From Amoebophrya sp. A120 (Eukaryota; Protista; Dinoflagellata), in NCBI GenBank assembly GCA_905178155.1, contig CAJINV010000006.1, forward strand, positions 3,692,169 through 3,756,168: DNA of 64,000 nt, written 5' to 3'. Numbering within the stretch: the first letter of the stretch is position 1; every line of letters begins with the position of its first letter. This document shows positions 24,015 to 38,700 of this stretch, one piece after another. Under the pieces are notes generated by a model. That model saw nothing but the letters and a program-made list of their open reading frames with translations, had not been told where the DNA came from and did not search any database. Position numbers and translations under genes: made by a program.

Positions 24015-27000
24015 CTGAATCGGCGTGGCTTTGGCTTGTACTGCACGGTTGCTGCTGATGAAGGAGTTGCAGTTCCAGATGTATTATGCATTGCAAAAGT
24101 ACCGCACTCGTAGTAATTGCAGTTACGCATTACAAATCTACGTAGTTAAGGCAAATCAGCATTACAAATTCACTTTCGTAATGCTGAGCCACATTGTATT
24201 GCGATTTAAAGATACTACTGCGATACTTTTGCACAGGATATGTAGTTGCAGTACTTGTCGTCCCAGCCCCTGCTTCTCGCGTTTCGCCTCCCCGCGGCCC
24301 GGCGCCTGTAGCAGTAGCGCCACCACTATCCAGGAAAAAAAACCCATCCGCACCCATTTTTTGCATCACAAACACTGGCACTTATGCATGTTTTGCATGA
24401 CAAATTGGATGGGGATGGGTTATTTTTCCTGGATAGCCACCTCCTTTGTTGATGAAGTTCAAGGCTTTCAAAGGTTGCAGGCCCACGTATCCTGTGTAAA
24501 AACGTCCCCACTCCAGCGCTGTCATGCAGATTTTCGATTACAGGAACATTTGTAATGCGCATCTCCACGACAGGCATCTTCAGTCGCGTTTTGGAATTTG
24601 TAATGCTGTAAACAGGATAAACAGATGGATTTTTAATTCGGTTCTCCTCGTGAACATGCACTATACTACTAACTACAACTTGTCATGCTGGGCTCCCAAA
24701 ACTTCTGGATTTGTGATGCTAAGTTCGCAACTTGACTATGGGGTGGGGACGTTTTTGCATATGATACCACGACCACGGGAGGTGCGCCGGCAGCTGGACG
24801 ATTTTGATGTTGTCCCCCGGCGGTTTTTATGAACTGCAAAAGTATCGCACTCGTATAAATGCATTACAAATTTCCTCAGCATGAGAGAAAATTTGTAATG
24901 CGGATTTACCTTAAGAAAAAGATTTGTAATGCATGATTGCAATACGAGTGCGATACTTTTGCGCAGGATAGTTTTGTGTTCTTGTTCATCTCCTGCAGCT
25001 GTGGTAGTTGTAGCTAGCGCGGCCTGAACACCTCCTTCCAGTTGTACCCCCGGACGACCTCCACCTGGAGCAGTGTGTAGCTCTGCATCCCCCCTGTCCT
25101 CTCCTCCCGGAGCTGCAAACATGTAGTTGCTTCTACCCTGAAGATCTCCTGCACCGCCCCGTCTCGGTGACGCTGGCGCGACCATCTTCAAAACCTATGG
25201 GTGCGTCAGGTTTGAAATCGTCAAAGTTGAAATAATTGTAATGCATAAAATCGAAACCACTTGGAGGCCCAATTACAAATTCCAAGCGGTGCATGACAAA
25301 TTTCGGCGCCGTCTAAATCCAATTTGTCATGCTGTTTAGGGAGAGAAGGCGTCTTTTGTCATGCTACCTTAGCAGCTCTACCGCAGACCCGAAACAGGCT
25401 GACAGTCGGCCTCGCTTGCCGTTCCTGCAAGAGAGGCACCCCATGCCTTGCAATTTATGCATGAGAAATTATTTCAACTTTGACAATTTCAATCCTGACG
25501 CTTCCATAAAGCCGCGCCTGCCCGTAACGCGCTGCTGCTTCGCGGAAACAAAGTCGCTGGGTCGGCGAGCTCTGCAAGATTGATGGTTTGGTTCAGCCGG
25601 TTGTTAGGGTTCGTCGCGTGGTTTATTTGCTGAAGATGTAGTTGATGGCCTCCTCCTCGTTCTCCACCCTCTGTACACGTCGAGGTCGCACCAGGAGGCC
25701 CTCCTGCTTGTCGTGTGGAACAGTACATATCGACCGTATTGGCCCGCTGCAGTTGGTGCTGGTCGTGATGAACAACATTTGAATTTTTGTCCTTACCGTT
25801 TGAAGGTGTTGGTGCAGTGGAAGCAATGCAACTGCTGGTCCTGTATTGACAGGAAAAATCCCCCCTCCCCATATTGAAAAGGTATGTTTCCAAGAATTTG
25901 TATTGCGGATTTGAGGTCACAAATCACGTCTGTCTTGCAAGAAGACAAGGGCAGAAGCTTCCGCCCCATTATGGAAGCGGTTTGTCATGCTGTTGGGCCT
26001 AAAGGGGGGCCGTTTGCCATGCTGAACTACTAGACCCATACGCCCCTACCTAGCCTGGGGATCTGGCCGCAGTGCCTCTCTGCAGTACAAAGCTGATTTG
26101 TGCTGGTCACAAATCAGCATCACAAATTTCCGTTTTGATATGGGGAGGGGGGATTTTTCATTTTGATATCCTGTATCCAAAATTCATTCCACATCCACTG
26201 GTTGTAGTGCTGCCACTTGATGCACCGCCTCCAGGGTTGTTGTTCACCATCGGAAAGAAATTCGCGGAGCGCTGTATAACTTGCTCAAACGCCGGTACAG
26301 TCTCAAACGTTACAACAAAATCTGCTGGAATTTGTGCTGCATGATGGGCATGACAGACTCGCACAGCGTTCCACCTTTTGCAATACAAATTTCGCCAGAT
26401 TTTAGTGAGGTTTGAAGCTCCGGAACTTTTCATGCGCAACCCTATGAGAGTTGGCTAGATCATGCTCATCATGCAAGACAAATCTCGGATTCTAGATTCT
26501 ATTGTAACTACGCTTGAGATTGTAACACCTGAGCGGGTTATACGTTGCTGTTGCAGCGCTCGTCCAGGTGGTCCTCTGCTGGTAGCTAACCCACCACCGA
26601 GGGGAGCAGGAGCGCCAAAAAAGTTGTTCCCACCGGTCGCGATTTTTGATGTTGGAGTCAACATTTGATAATTTCTGCCATTACCTGCTATCCTGTGCAA
26701 AAGCTGCACTATCGTAGTCGCATGAATCGCAATCATGCATGCCAGATAGCTCCTACGTCTACCTGCTTCCCTGAATCTTCTCCACGACAAACTCATTTTT
26801 TCTTCTTCACGAGGAAAAGACCATGATTCATTAATTAAGTATACAACTTTTGCAATGCATAGCAGCAATGGCACATGCAGAACTACTTGTCCCCACGGAG
26901 GTGACAAATTTCAGAATCGCGCGGACACGCTTCACCCCCGACACACCCTGTTTGACCAGCCGCAAGATCTCCTTCTGCTCTTTTACGTACTCGTACAGCC

Positions 27001-30000
27001 ATTCGGATTTTTTCGCCAAGTTTTCGGTTGTACACCTGGTGAAGGGCGAAGGTTGCAGGCAGAGAGTCAGGGTTTGCTGCTTATTCGGACCACCACCTCC
27101 ACCGGGGATGATCGAACATGCTGGGCTGGTAGAAGTTGTGCCCGGGGGACCAACTGGTGCAGTTGAACCGACATCAGTAGCACTACCACAGTTGGAAGTA
27201 TTATTCGCCGCGTGCTGGTCGACGGCATCTAATGGTATGCATTGCAAAAGCATCGCACTCGTATAAATGCATTACAAGTTTTCTCAGTATGAGAAATAAA
27301 ATTTGTAATGCGGATTTATCTTGAGAAAAAATTTGTAATGCACGAGTGCAATACGAGTACGATACTTTTGCAATTCATAAATGGCTTGTACAAGCGATTC
27401 TCCATCGCATGAAGGAATCTATCAAATGTAAAAGTGTCTGGGTCTGGAAGAATGCAATTTGTGATGCTGCATTTGGATTCCAGAAAAATCTGTATTGCAT
27501 GAGCAGCAAAGGGAATGCAATTTTTGCTACGCGGAGAGGGAATTTGTCATGCGGAATAGGCATCGCGAAGCCCTCAGAAAATCTGTGATGCTAGGGCATG
27601 CATCACAGACATCATGGCCAATGCAAAACATGCATGACAAGTCTCAGAATCTTCCAGACCCAGACATTTTTACATTTGATAGAAGCTTTCTTCGTCCAAA
27701 ACAAGGTGGACTTCACCTGATGTTGGCCTCCGCTTTCGAGTAGTAGATGAGTTGTCCTGCTGAGCATCGCCGCCACTGCTGGTGCTGTTTTGGTCGAAAA
27801 CATGCTCTGCTTCTACAGGTGGTCGACGTCCGGTAGCAACCACAGCCGCGTGGTCCTGTAGAAGTGCTGGCCCGTCTTCTTCATCCGGAACGGTCTCCGT
27901 TTCCGTGTCAACTTGTTCTTGGCGGTACAGGTAGCCGCTGAAGGGGGTGCAATTCTCCAGAATTTGGTACAGAACCACGCCTATGCTCCACACATCGACC
28001 TGCCCGTTGATTTGCGGCTCCTGTTTCGATATGCATTTTTGCAAAAGTATATTATACAGTTTTTGCATCACAAATTTTCTCAGCATGCGATGAAATGGAA
28101 TCTGTCATGCTGATTTAGCTAAGGAAGGAGATTTGTCATGCCAGTCCGCAAGTTGTACGTACGACAGTACACGATACTTTTGTAGCGGATAGTCAAAATC
28201 TCGGGCGCCATGTACTCCAGGGTGCCGCATTTGTCGTTCACAACGTAGGGATATGCATTGCAAAAGTTTATCGTATTGCATTTATGCATTACAAATCTTT
28301 TTCTTGAGACAGATCCGCATTACAAATTGAATTTGTATAAAAAACAAATGCTGGTGACTGAGCAAATTTGTAATGCAGTTTTACCAGTACGAAGATACTT
28401 TTGCACTTCATAAGGGACCAACCACGTCGTCGCGTAAAGTGGTGGCCCAACCGAAATCTGCCACTTTCAGTCTCCACTTCCGGTCGAACAAAATGTTGTC
28501 CGGCTTGAGATCTCGATGCACGATTTTCTTCTGCAGGTGGAGATAGTTCAGCACATCCACAAGGGACTCGAAGATTTCAATCGCCACTTGGTCAAGGAGG
28601 GAAGAGGAAGTCGAGGCAGAAAACTCGTTGCTCGAAGTAGATGCGGTGCTTCTCACCATCTCGGCCGCGGAGCCGGTCGACGTGTTCTGGGCTCCTGCTG
28701 CAACATTTTTCCCGCTCGACGTTGCGAAATTGGTCAAGAACGGATTTAGCTTTGATGTAGTTCCACCTCCGCCTGCATGATGCAGGAGCTGCTGCTCCGA
28801 AGAGGACGTAGTGCCAGTATTCATCCCAGCACCTCGTGGAGGCGGCGGTCCAGGAGCTGTTGACCTTGACCATGCAGCTCTGGAAGTACTAGTACCCAGA
28901 GCGCTTGCAGAGTCGGTTCTGTGTAATACGCTGGTGTTGATGGGACCACGAGGACGATCACGAATAGTTGTACTTCTGCTGCTGTGCAGCCTCTGGATCA
29001 GCATGGCCAGGTTGCCGTTGGGGCAGTATTCAAAAACGAGGTAGTGCCGAAGGTCCTGCTCAGAGGGCGAGGTAAAATGCTCCAGAAGTTTCAGCACCAA
29101 ATTATTCGACTGCGAGGTAGTTGTAGTGGTAGCACTAGTGCTACCCGCTTGCGCATCCCCTCCTTTGCTGGACGTTGTCGGAGCACCGACGCCGCTCCCG
29201 ATACTACACGAACTAGTACTACAATTGCTGGAACTACTACAGGCTTCTTCGTGCAAACTGATCTCCCGAAACTATGAACTGCGAAAGCATCGTACTAGTA
29301 TGAATTGCAATACAAATTAGCTCAGCATTACAAATTAAATTTGTAATGCGGATTTGCCTTTAAAAAAAAGATTTGTAATGCATAGAAGCAATTAGTACGA
29401 GTACGATACTTTTGCACAGGATAGAAACAGCTGGTCTGCCATGCTGCGCTCCTGGTAAGGCCTCTCATCAATCATATGCAAGGAAAAACAGAGTGTTACA
29501 GTTACACACTTGCACGTGAATTCAGCATCACAAATTTTCTTCGCATGACGGAACTTGTAATGCAGAAATCATAAGGCAAAACACACACGAAACGAGACTC
29601 GCAAGCCTTTTGCGCATGACAGAGGTCGTCTGCCTTGCATGTCTTGCAACACTGTGTGTAAATATTGTAACACTTTTTATTTTGCATAAATCACCTTCAT
29701 CGCGTAGTACACCGGCTCGGACAACGAGTGGCTGTCTTTCTCCCCCTATCCTGTGCAAAAGTATCGCACTCGTATTGCAATGAATCATGTATTACAAATT
29801 TTTTTCTTAAGGTAAATCCGCATTACAAATTTTTTTTCTCATGCTGAGGAAATCTGTAATGCATTTATACGACGAGTACGATACTTTTGCAGTGCATACC
29901 CCCAGTACTACTTCCCGCGCGCCCACCTGGGTCCTCCCTTGTGGTTCTTGGTCTTGACGGACGATCCCGCCCCCGAGATTCTTGTACCAGTTCACGTCCC

Positions 30001-31274
30001 GGGGGCCCCGTGCCGACACCGGCCGCATGGTGCTCCGTCGCTGCTTATCAAATGCAAAAATGTTGTCTGGGTCGTCTGGGAGGCTCCGAGATTTGTCATG
30101 CAGTTTTTCGAAGCTCTCCCACGCCTGGAATGCACGGCCTAACGTCGCAGGTTCTGCAGCCCCAGCCCCCTGGTGATGCGTATTTTGCAGGAGAAATGCC
30201 CTGTCAGCATGGCGAGAAGTGGGCACCTTTTGCACGTTATGCATCACAGATCTCTGCAGGATCCGAAACACGCATCACGAGTTCGGATCCTTCCAGAGGA
30301 CTCGGACATATTTGCATTTGATACTGCTTCCTGTCGCGGAAATTTTTGGAGGCGGGAGGACCCGCTCCTGTTTGAGCAGCGGCTGTGTAGCTGTCGTCCG
30401 CGGCGCCGCCAGAATTGTTTAGTGCGCCACAACCGGCGTTGGCTTTCACCACCTTGCACACTACCGCATACGCGCCTTCGGCCAACACGCACACCACATC
30501 GTATTTTCTCGTGACTTATCCTGTGCAAAAGTATCGTACTCGTAGTACTTGCAATCACGCATTACAAATCTCTCTCTTAAGGCAAATCAGCATTACAAAT
30601 TTCATTTTTCATGCTGAGGAAATTTGTAATGCATTTATACGAGTACGATACTCATACTTTTGCAATTCATATGACTTCCGGAGGAAACACGGTGGAGGAA
30701 GTGACTTGCGTTAGGGAGGCGCAGGGAAGGGGCTGTTGCTCTTGGTGTGGCAGGTTGTCTGAGGCAGAAGGATAGTACATGGACGAGGACCAGGACGGGT
30801 ACGCACCGTTCTGCTGCGAAGAACTCGTTGGCTGTTGAAACGTCAGAAGTTGCGGCCCGCCGATGAAGTTGTTGCAGCTGCCGCCGCGCAAAGACGTCGG
30901 GGAGACGGGGGGCATGACCCCTCTGTAGTACGTCCCCGAGGTGGTTCTTGCCTGCGCCGTTACGGCCGCGGCCCCCCAGGGCGGTTGGGCGGTAGTAGCC
31001 GTTGTTCCTGCGTATCCACAGTAAATGATTTCCCGTACACGTACCAATGTGGTTTCTGCATGACAAACTTTTCTTCCAATCCTATTCAGCATGAAGATAA
31101 GCGGCATGCTCCAACTTGGTAAAATTTGTCATGCATTTTGTGCATGTACAGGAAATTTGTATTGCATACTGCGGACGACGGGGTCAACATCCCGGCGCCC
31201 TGGAACTGCAGCTGTTTCTCCGGTGAAGAGCCCAACATGATGTTGAAGAGGACGAACCACGAAGGCCTGTGCAA
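24015..31274 (-). CDS. Aurora-like Ser/Thr protein kinase with long low-complexity insertions (ends approximate)
   Basis: After removing elements: [70 protein letters not shown] and [11 protein letters not shown]. Confidence 0.85.
24327..24435. mobile_element. Introner family H (TATCCA.GAAAAA..CCATC), representative copy
   Basis: TSD ACCAC/GCCAC. Also 52793-52911 (TSD CAGAA). Confidence 0.85.
24488..24766. mobile_element. Introner family F (TIR TATCCTGTGTAAAAACGTCCCCAC), representative copy
   Basis: TSD CCACG. Others: 11374-11659, 46777-47004, 47455-47739, 47789-48076, 59757-60036 and a half copy ending at 20270. Confidence 0.92.
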
Positions 31275-34200
31275 CTCCTGCTCCTGGATCTGCTTTGTTC
31301 TACTTCGGAGTAGTAGTTGTGCAGCAGCCTACTACAGCTGCTCCAGCAGCTGCTCTTCTGGATCTGGTGGCAAGACGAGGACCAAGAGGCTCAACATAAT
31401 ACCGCGCAGATGTTCTTTGTTGCTGAGTTCCACCTGAGCCTGGTCGTGCTCATGATCTCGTCCCAGCACAAGGAAAGGTGCTGCTACTCTGAACTACATC
31501 AGCCCATGGTGGGCAGCTGCTCCTGCCGCTGCAGCACCTGCACCCCCTGCACCTCCTTTCACCACAGCCGGGTCCGCGCTCGGCGGCGGTTCGCCCGTAT
31601 TGCCTGCTCCGCGTACACAAACACCAGGGAAAATCCGAGGAAACAGGACAGCAGAACGAAGGGCCAGGTCGTCGGAAGGAGCAACATGGTGCCTGCTGTT
31701 TCCTGCTGATAGATGTTGCTGTTTTGCTGGTTGTGGCAAAATATACGACCAGCTGCTCCTGCACCGCCCAGCAACTCAGCAAAAATCTGTCAGTAGACGC
31801 CCACCGACGTCTGCTCTAAGACAGGAAGTTGCGAGGACATCTTCAAACCAAAAGGGAGGTGGAGCCATACACGATTCTGTTTTTTAATTTCAATTTCTTA
31901 CCGTCTTCAATTCTCTAATTCTCAGTTCAAAAAGAGCAGTGAAGTGAACAGCGGAGAGGTAGAGGAGCAGTGGACGCACTAGTGCTCCACTGATTTTCAA
32001 ATTTCTGCGATATTTATGTCCCTCTCGCTCAGCAAACCGTGAAGTTCAAAAAACACGAGCCTTCTATTACTTGCCTCGTCATAGTCAAAATCCTTTACGT
32101 ATTTCAGCATGTGAAAAAAACACTTCTATACCTCGTCGTTGCAACATGGCAAAAAACTAACAACAACTAAGCCTTCAGTCAATAGCTCTAGTAGTGCAGT
32201 GCGAATAACATTGGAACAGAAGCGGCACCAGATTCGGGGAAACGAGGACAGGTAGCAGGGTTGTACAACTCCTCTAACGTTTGTTTATCATCTACATCTT
32301 CTTCATCTTCCGTCGGCTTCTACCAGCTGAAACAAATCAATGAGCCTTGTAAATCAGAAACATCAAGAGAAACAGCATTTTCTTTATTTTCTTCAGCGCT
32401 GCATCGTAACGCTGTCCGCGGGCGGTAGATGAAGTACGGCAGTCGCCGCTGTTGGTCCCGGAACTGCCACCAAAATCTGCTCCTGTACGTACCAACTACT
32501 ACCTCCCTTCCCAGCGCAGCTGGCGAGCCTGCAACTCCTTCTGTCCATACCAACTGTCTGTGTGGCCATGATGTCGCCCGGCTATCACCATATGCATATC
32601 ACATTCACAACCCACAGTGATGACGTAGTCACAATTACAGCCGATACTCCCGTCTACTTCACAGGATGTTGCATTGACTCTCCACGGTGAGACTACTGTC
32701 GTCGCGGTCTAAGTAGCCGCCGCAACAGGTAGGTGCGGCGCTTCACATTTCACAGCGACGTCGTCACAGTCCCAATCACGGCGATGGTGGTGGTAGTGCA
32801 ACGTTACGACTTTTCGTCCCGGAACATCATATTTGGGTCCTGGGCATAAACAAGCCGTTGGCGAATGCTGCTGCAGTCCACAGTACAGTACAAGACACCA
32901 TCTCCAACTGCATCATCCTTCCTCGTTTCAGTCCACGTCAACAGCATCGAACCGCGGTGCTTCCGGTCAGCGAGAAACTTACCAATCGCAGCTCCAACTG
33001 TCCACTACACGATGCTTACCAGTCGCAAGCAGGAGCGGCAAACATGATGGATCAACCACCGCTGAACCAAGAGCAGCGCGGGTCGTCCAGTAGCTGCTGT
33101 TCACCACGGCGCAGCTGGCGTCACTTGAACTTGTCGGAGGGGGACGCAGCAGTCCTTGTCCCCGCCACCCCCTGCGGAATTCCCGCTATCCATAGCAGCG
33201 CATCAAGGACCCGCTTCATCGCTCGTTTTTCTATGTTGGCCTGTGCGCCTGCACGAGGACCAGGTTTCGCGGGCCAATCCACAGCCATCGCCTAATCGAC
33301 GCCATTGCAGCCTCCACTATGAGGCAACACTATGCCTTTGCATCCGTCGCCCAGCGGCGAGCACAATCCACAACAACCGCAGCTACGACGCGGTTGTCAC
33401 TCCTATTCGCATCCACCACGTGATGGCCGCTTCCACCCACATCAGGAGCCACCGCTATCCGTACTAGCCGGGAGGGTTGGTATACAACACGCGACGTTCA
33501 CGGATTGTTCTCATGGCAGGCCAGACCGCCATCCAACATATCCAAATGCGCAACTTTGAATACTACCGTGGCGGCAGCCGAAGCTGCTGTCTCATGGTCA
33601 CTGCGAAGACTTGTAGTCCAGACCGCGTCCTCGGTGGTCATCACTACAAGCAGATGCTGGACGATGAGTTGAAGCTGCAGCAGCTACCGGCCCGTGCGTC
33701 GTCGGTCAATCGTGGGAAGATCGAAGGCTGATGCTCCCACCATGAGCGCCAGCGTTTATCGGTTCGATTCCGAAGTGCTGTCGCATCCAGATCGTGCTTC
33801 TCGGCAAATCAGCACATCGCTGCTCGCGAAGATCCGTAGTCGAAGCTCCGTAAAATCTACCAGAAAGCGTTGTTTCCTGCAGTCCCCGTGTTTAGGCCAG
33901 ATGTACTGGTGTCCACCATCCGTCCATCCTCTGTACGCAGCACAGTGGTGCGAAGCGCAAAGTCCACTACAAATAAGTCCGCTCATCTTCGGATCAGCGC
34001 GCAGACTTCACTGTCCGCAGTGGGAGCTGCAGACGGAAACGCCCGCATCTGCGGTCACCTGGCGGCACCAGACGCGCCTCTAACTCGCTAGTTTTCAAAA
34101 CGCGAGGAGTCGTGATATCTTCGCTTCGCACAGACACAATCATGGTGAACAAGGGCAACGAAGCATCGATCCTTCCTCCACAGATCAGCAGAGATGACCG

Positions 34201-35717
34201 GTATCCGTACCAGCCGGCACGCTTCGTATCCATCAGGAGATGCTGGCGGCTTTTTCCACAGCCGCCCGTATCCAAATTCGCAACTTGTAGTGCCACCAGT
34301 GACGACACGCGCACTTGCCGGACCGTCGACGCGATAGCCCCCGGTGGTCCGGACCACCGCGGCCATTGGCGCGGCAACAGCAGATGCTGGATTTTTAGAT
34401 GAAGTAGCTGCAGCAGCTACACGTCCGTCTCCGTACATCGTCTACCGTGTTGAAGACCACGTAGAAAATGGTCCACGAGAGGCAGTTTCAGCTACTGGAC
34501 GGCCGCGTACGAAACAGCGCCACTGCCACCTCTACTTTACTTCGCGCGGAATCACATCGCAGCACGTGATCAGTAGTTACAGCTCCGTAGTTGTATCTCT
34601 TCCAAGCCACTGTGTCCACAAAGGGAACATCTGCCTGCGCAACATCCGCACCAACGGCAGCTATGACGACGAATGATCCACCACAGCAAACGTTCAGCTC
34701 CATATCAACACGTAGATGACGCTCTATTCCTTAGCAGGAGGGGTTGGACTTGCGCATCTGCCCGCGGACGAAGCACGACCCGTGGTTGCAACAACCTGCC
34801 GGAAAAACCAGCTTCACCCCGGTGGCATCGTAGGTCGTAGTGTTATCGCTCCGCGCAGACAAAATCATGCTCGACAAGCACGACTAAGTATCGTTCCTCC
34901 GCAGCGCAGCGGTCCACGACGCAGAATCCACGGCTGTCCCGTAGCAGAAGAGTTCCACAATTGCCGCAGTTGCTCACATTGCCGTCCGCATTGGAATATA
35001 GTGCGGACGCCAAGATCTCTCTTCATCTGCTCCTGTCACGCGGCCGACAGCCGCGCTTTGTCCTCGGCGCCGTAGTCGCACTTTCCGGCTGCAACAGACA
35101 GCGGCCGCTCACCACAGAAGTGAACAGCGCATCTCCGTACAGACAATCGTAGTACGGTGCGCTGTACCACACGATGCGGCTGTCGGGTGCAGTAATATTG
35201 AACTACGCCAATCTCACCGGCGCTTCTTTCAACAAGGACAGTTGTCAAAGCCGTATCAGAACCAGGCAACACCCTTAGGTTGCGCTTCTACGACTGTATT
35301 TCTATTCGCCACAACAAGGGGAGCACGACACAAACAAGAAATCAACAACTAGTTGATGTAGCCTCAACGTAAACCAAAGGTGAATACAGCGCTTCTAGAA
35401 AGTGCATTTAGATTTAGCACCGCGACGCATCCGTACCAACGCGTCCGATTAATCTCGAACAACATTTCCCCATCTCAGCTATCGCCCGCAGTGATAGGTA
35501 CTACTGCTGTTTCATTCAGCGTGTGTAGCGCTAGCACTACTTCTCCTCGCTATCTTTTTGATATCGCAGACCTGCTTTGGACTGAGATTTAATTCACAAT
35601 TCTCAACAAAAGTTCAGCAGTTCTATTACTCACATAACCTCCAGGTGGTGCTACTTATGGTCCGCACCAGTAGAAGTAGTTCTTGCACTTCTTTGCAGAC
35701 TGCGGCTGAATAAGCAA

Positions 35718-38700
35718 CTCATTCACTCATTCACAACAAGCTTATCCGTTTAGTAGAGATCATCATCTTCTCTTTCGTCTTTTTGGATGTGCTTACAAGT
35801 GTATCTCTCAAGCGTTTTCGCACTGTTGCCTCATCTTCGTGCGACGTATGTCCCATTACTCATCTTTTGGAACCATACGCCGCACACTCTATATTCCTCT
35901 CGGCCCGATCCTTCGCAAAAATCTTCGGACTCGATTTCGAACTGCACCGGGGGGGAATTCACTGCTTCTTCCTTCGTCTGCCAGTAGTTGCCAGCGGCGC
36001 TGGGAAATCTTTCCCAGCGCCTGCCGCTTATGCTGGCGATGAAATTCGCCTGCCTCAGTTCCGCCTCCGCTTTTTGTTGCTGGATGTTTTCTCTCTGCTT
36101 GTTAGTTTTCTCTCGGCATTTTTCGGTCTTTCCCCGCCTGTCGCCCCTCCTTTGCTTTGGCAGTGGTTTTGTTGGCCGCTTGGCTACTAGGTGAGCCTTG
36201 ATGGCCCGAGCGGCTGGGGGGGCTTCGAGGTCTAGGAACTGGTCGATTGGTAGCCCGACCTCGTCAAAGTCGTCGCGGATTAGCCTGCCCCACGGCGTGC
36301 CTTTGCGCACTTCCTCTCTTGCAAGATAGTGACATGCCTCTTTCTTGTTGCGCAATGCATGCGCCATCCACGCCACGCGCCTCTCCCTGAGGATCGTCTC
36401 CACCGGTGGAACCCCTACCCGCTGGCAGAGTTCCAGCCTTCCGGCGTATTCTGCCTCCCCTTCGTCTGCGTCGTTTTCTTGGGCCATTTGCCAGCCGCGT
36501 TTTTCTCCTTCTAGCGTCCGAAGCGTGCTGTGCTGGAACCATCTGAGGGCTTTCAGGTCGTTTTCGCGGGGCCGCCATGTTTCTGCGTTGTACAAGGCGA
36601 CGGAGTTGACCAAGCTCCGATATAGTGCGGCCTTCAGGTTTTTGGAAATGTCCGGGTCTCTCCAGATGCAGTTTAGGGCCTGCACCGTTGCCCGCGCTAT
36701 GCCCGTTCGCCGGGCCACTTCCTTGCTGGTTCCTGCGTTTCCTTCGACCTGTGTTCCTAGGTATTTAAAGACCCCGACGGTCTTTATTTCGCTGCCGTCG
36801 AAGTTTCGCAGGTCTGCGGGAACCACTTCGCGCCCGCGCTCTGCTTTCTTTTTCTCGAGTATCTGTCTTCCTACCCGCAGCTGCCGCTCTTCTTCCTCCG
36901 TCTTTACTGGCCTGCAGAAGCCTGTCGCCTGATGGTACAGGAGGGCCTTCCTGTCGCCAAGGATGTCCCCACAGCGACTACACACAAACTTATTTCGTTC
37001 CGGATTTATGTGTCTGACCCGCCCCATGCGGTTGAGCCGCACGGGGGCCTCGTGCCATCGCCACCGCACGGTGACCCAGCCGTTTTTTTTGTAGATGCAC
37101 CGGCTGAAGGTGCCGTTGTCCCAGGCAATCAGGTGTGTGGGCCTAATTCCCAGGTCCATCTTCGGCGCCTTGCGTGCGCCTTCCCGTAGTTCCGGCCGCA
37201 GGCCGGTGCCATTCCATTCGACGAGCCAACCGGACCACCGCGCGCCGCTTGCGTCGTCGTAGTAGCATCGTTCTTCTTTCGCCTCGTCGTCTTTTCTTTC
37301 GGGTGGCTCTAGGTTGAAGGTCATGGCCTCCGTTTTTTCCGCGTTCAGCGTCAAGCCCACGAACGCGCACGCGGCCGTGAGCTCTTTCAGGGCGGTGGCC
37401 GCGTCCTCCTTGCTGTCTGCGCGGAGGACCAGATCATCGACGTACCCCAACCAGGACAAGATTGATCGCTCAACCTGCTCGGCCGACTTTCCCCAAATGC
37501 CCTTGCGTGTGAGCACTTTGGTTGTGACGCGCATCGCCCAGTCTAGTACCAGGATGAAGAGGAGCGGGCTCAGGCTCGACCCCTGCCTGATTCCGCACTT
37601 CTGGTCGATTTTGTCCGACAGCCCCTGCGCGCCCGTCTTTAGGCGGATGCTTGACCCGTCGTAAATTTCTTCCACTATCCTGGCAAGCCCTGGCGGCATG
37701 CCCTGCAGAAGAAGAATTTGCCGCATCTTGTCCCACGCGAGTGAGTCATACGCTTTGCAGAAGTCGACGAAGATGAGGACCATGTCCTCGTCGTCTCGTA
37801 TCGCCTGCTCCAATCTGCGCAGCAGAATGAACACGCCGTTGCGGCAGGATAGCCCGGCCACCGACCCCTTTTGCCGCTCGTCTACAGCTGCGTAGGCTGT
37901 TTCCTTGATGCGGTTCAAGATCAGGAGGCTGAGGACTTTTTCGCCGACTGTTAAGAGGGCGACGGGGCGATAATTCTTTGGCGCGTTTTTGGGCCCGGAT
38001 TTGTACAGGAGTGCTACTGCCGCCTCGAGCCAGCTTGGGGGGATTTTTTCGCCAGCAAATATTTTCTTCACCACAGTGCGAAGGACCCGCCGGCCCAGCT
38101 CACTGTTGGCGAAGAACTCGGCCGGCATACTTCCGGCATAAGATTTGCGCGACTTTAACTCGTTGATACCTGCGCTGATTTCGTCATCCGAGATTTCCCC
38201 CTCGAAAGCTTGGGCCCACTCCGGCCGCGCGGCGTTCCTGTTCAGCTCCTCCATGCACTCCCGCCAGGCGTCTGTTTGTTGTAGCTCTGCCGCAGGCTCC
38301 GGTCGTGGTTGTCCGAGGATGCCACGCCAAAACTCCACACGCTTCGCATTCCCGCCTGGTAGGCTGGTCGGCTGCCCTTTCCTGGCTTTTCCGGCAAGCT
38401 GCCGCACTACCTCGGATGTAGCACGCGCGTCTCCCCGGTGTTCCGCCTTCTGCAGGTCCTCTATCTTCCCCTTCACCCATTCTTGTTTGTCCGCCCGCAC
38501 CGCCTGTTTAATCGCCTTCGCCATGCGCTTCTGCTCTGCTTTCGTCATCTTTCCATCGGCCTGCACCCTGCTACGATCCTGGATTAGCTTCCATGTCCGG
38601 TCTGTGATCCATGGTTTCTTCGGGCCCCTCTTTTCTGCCGGCCACTCGCGGTCGAGAGTGCCGCGGAGGATCCTTTCGAACTCCGTCCACACTTGCTCGG

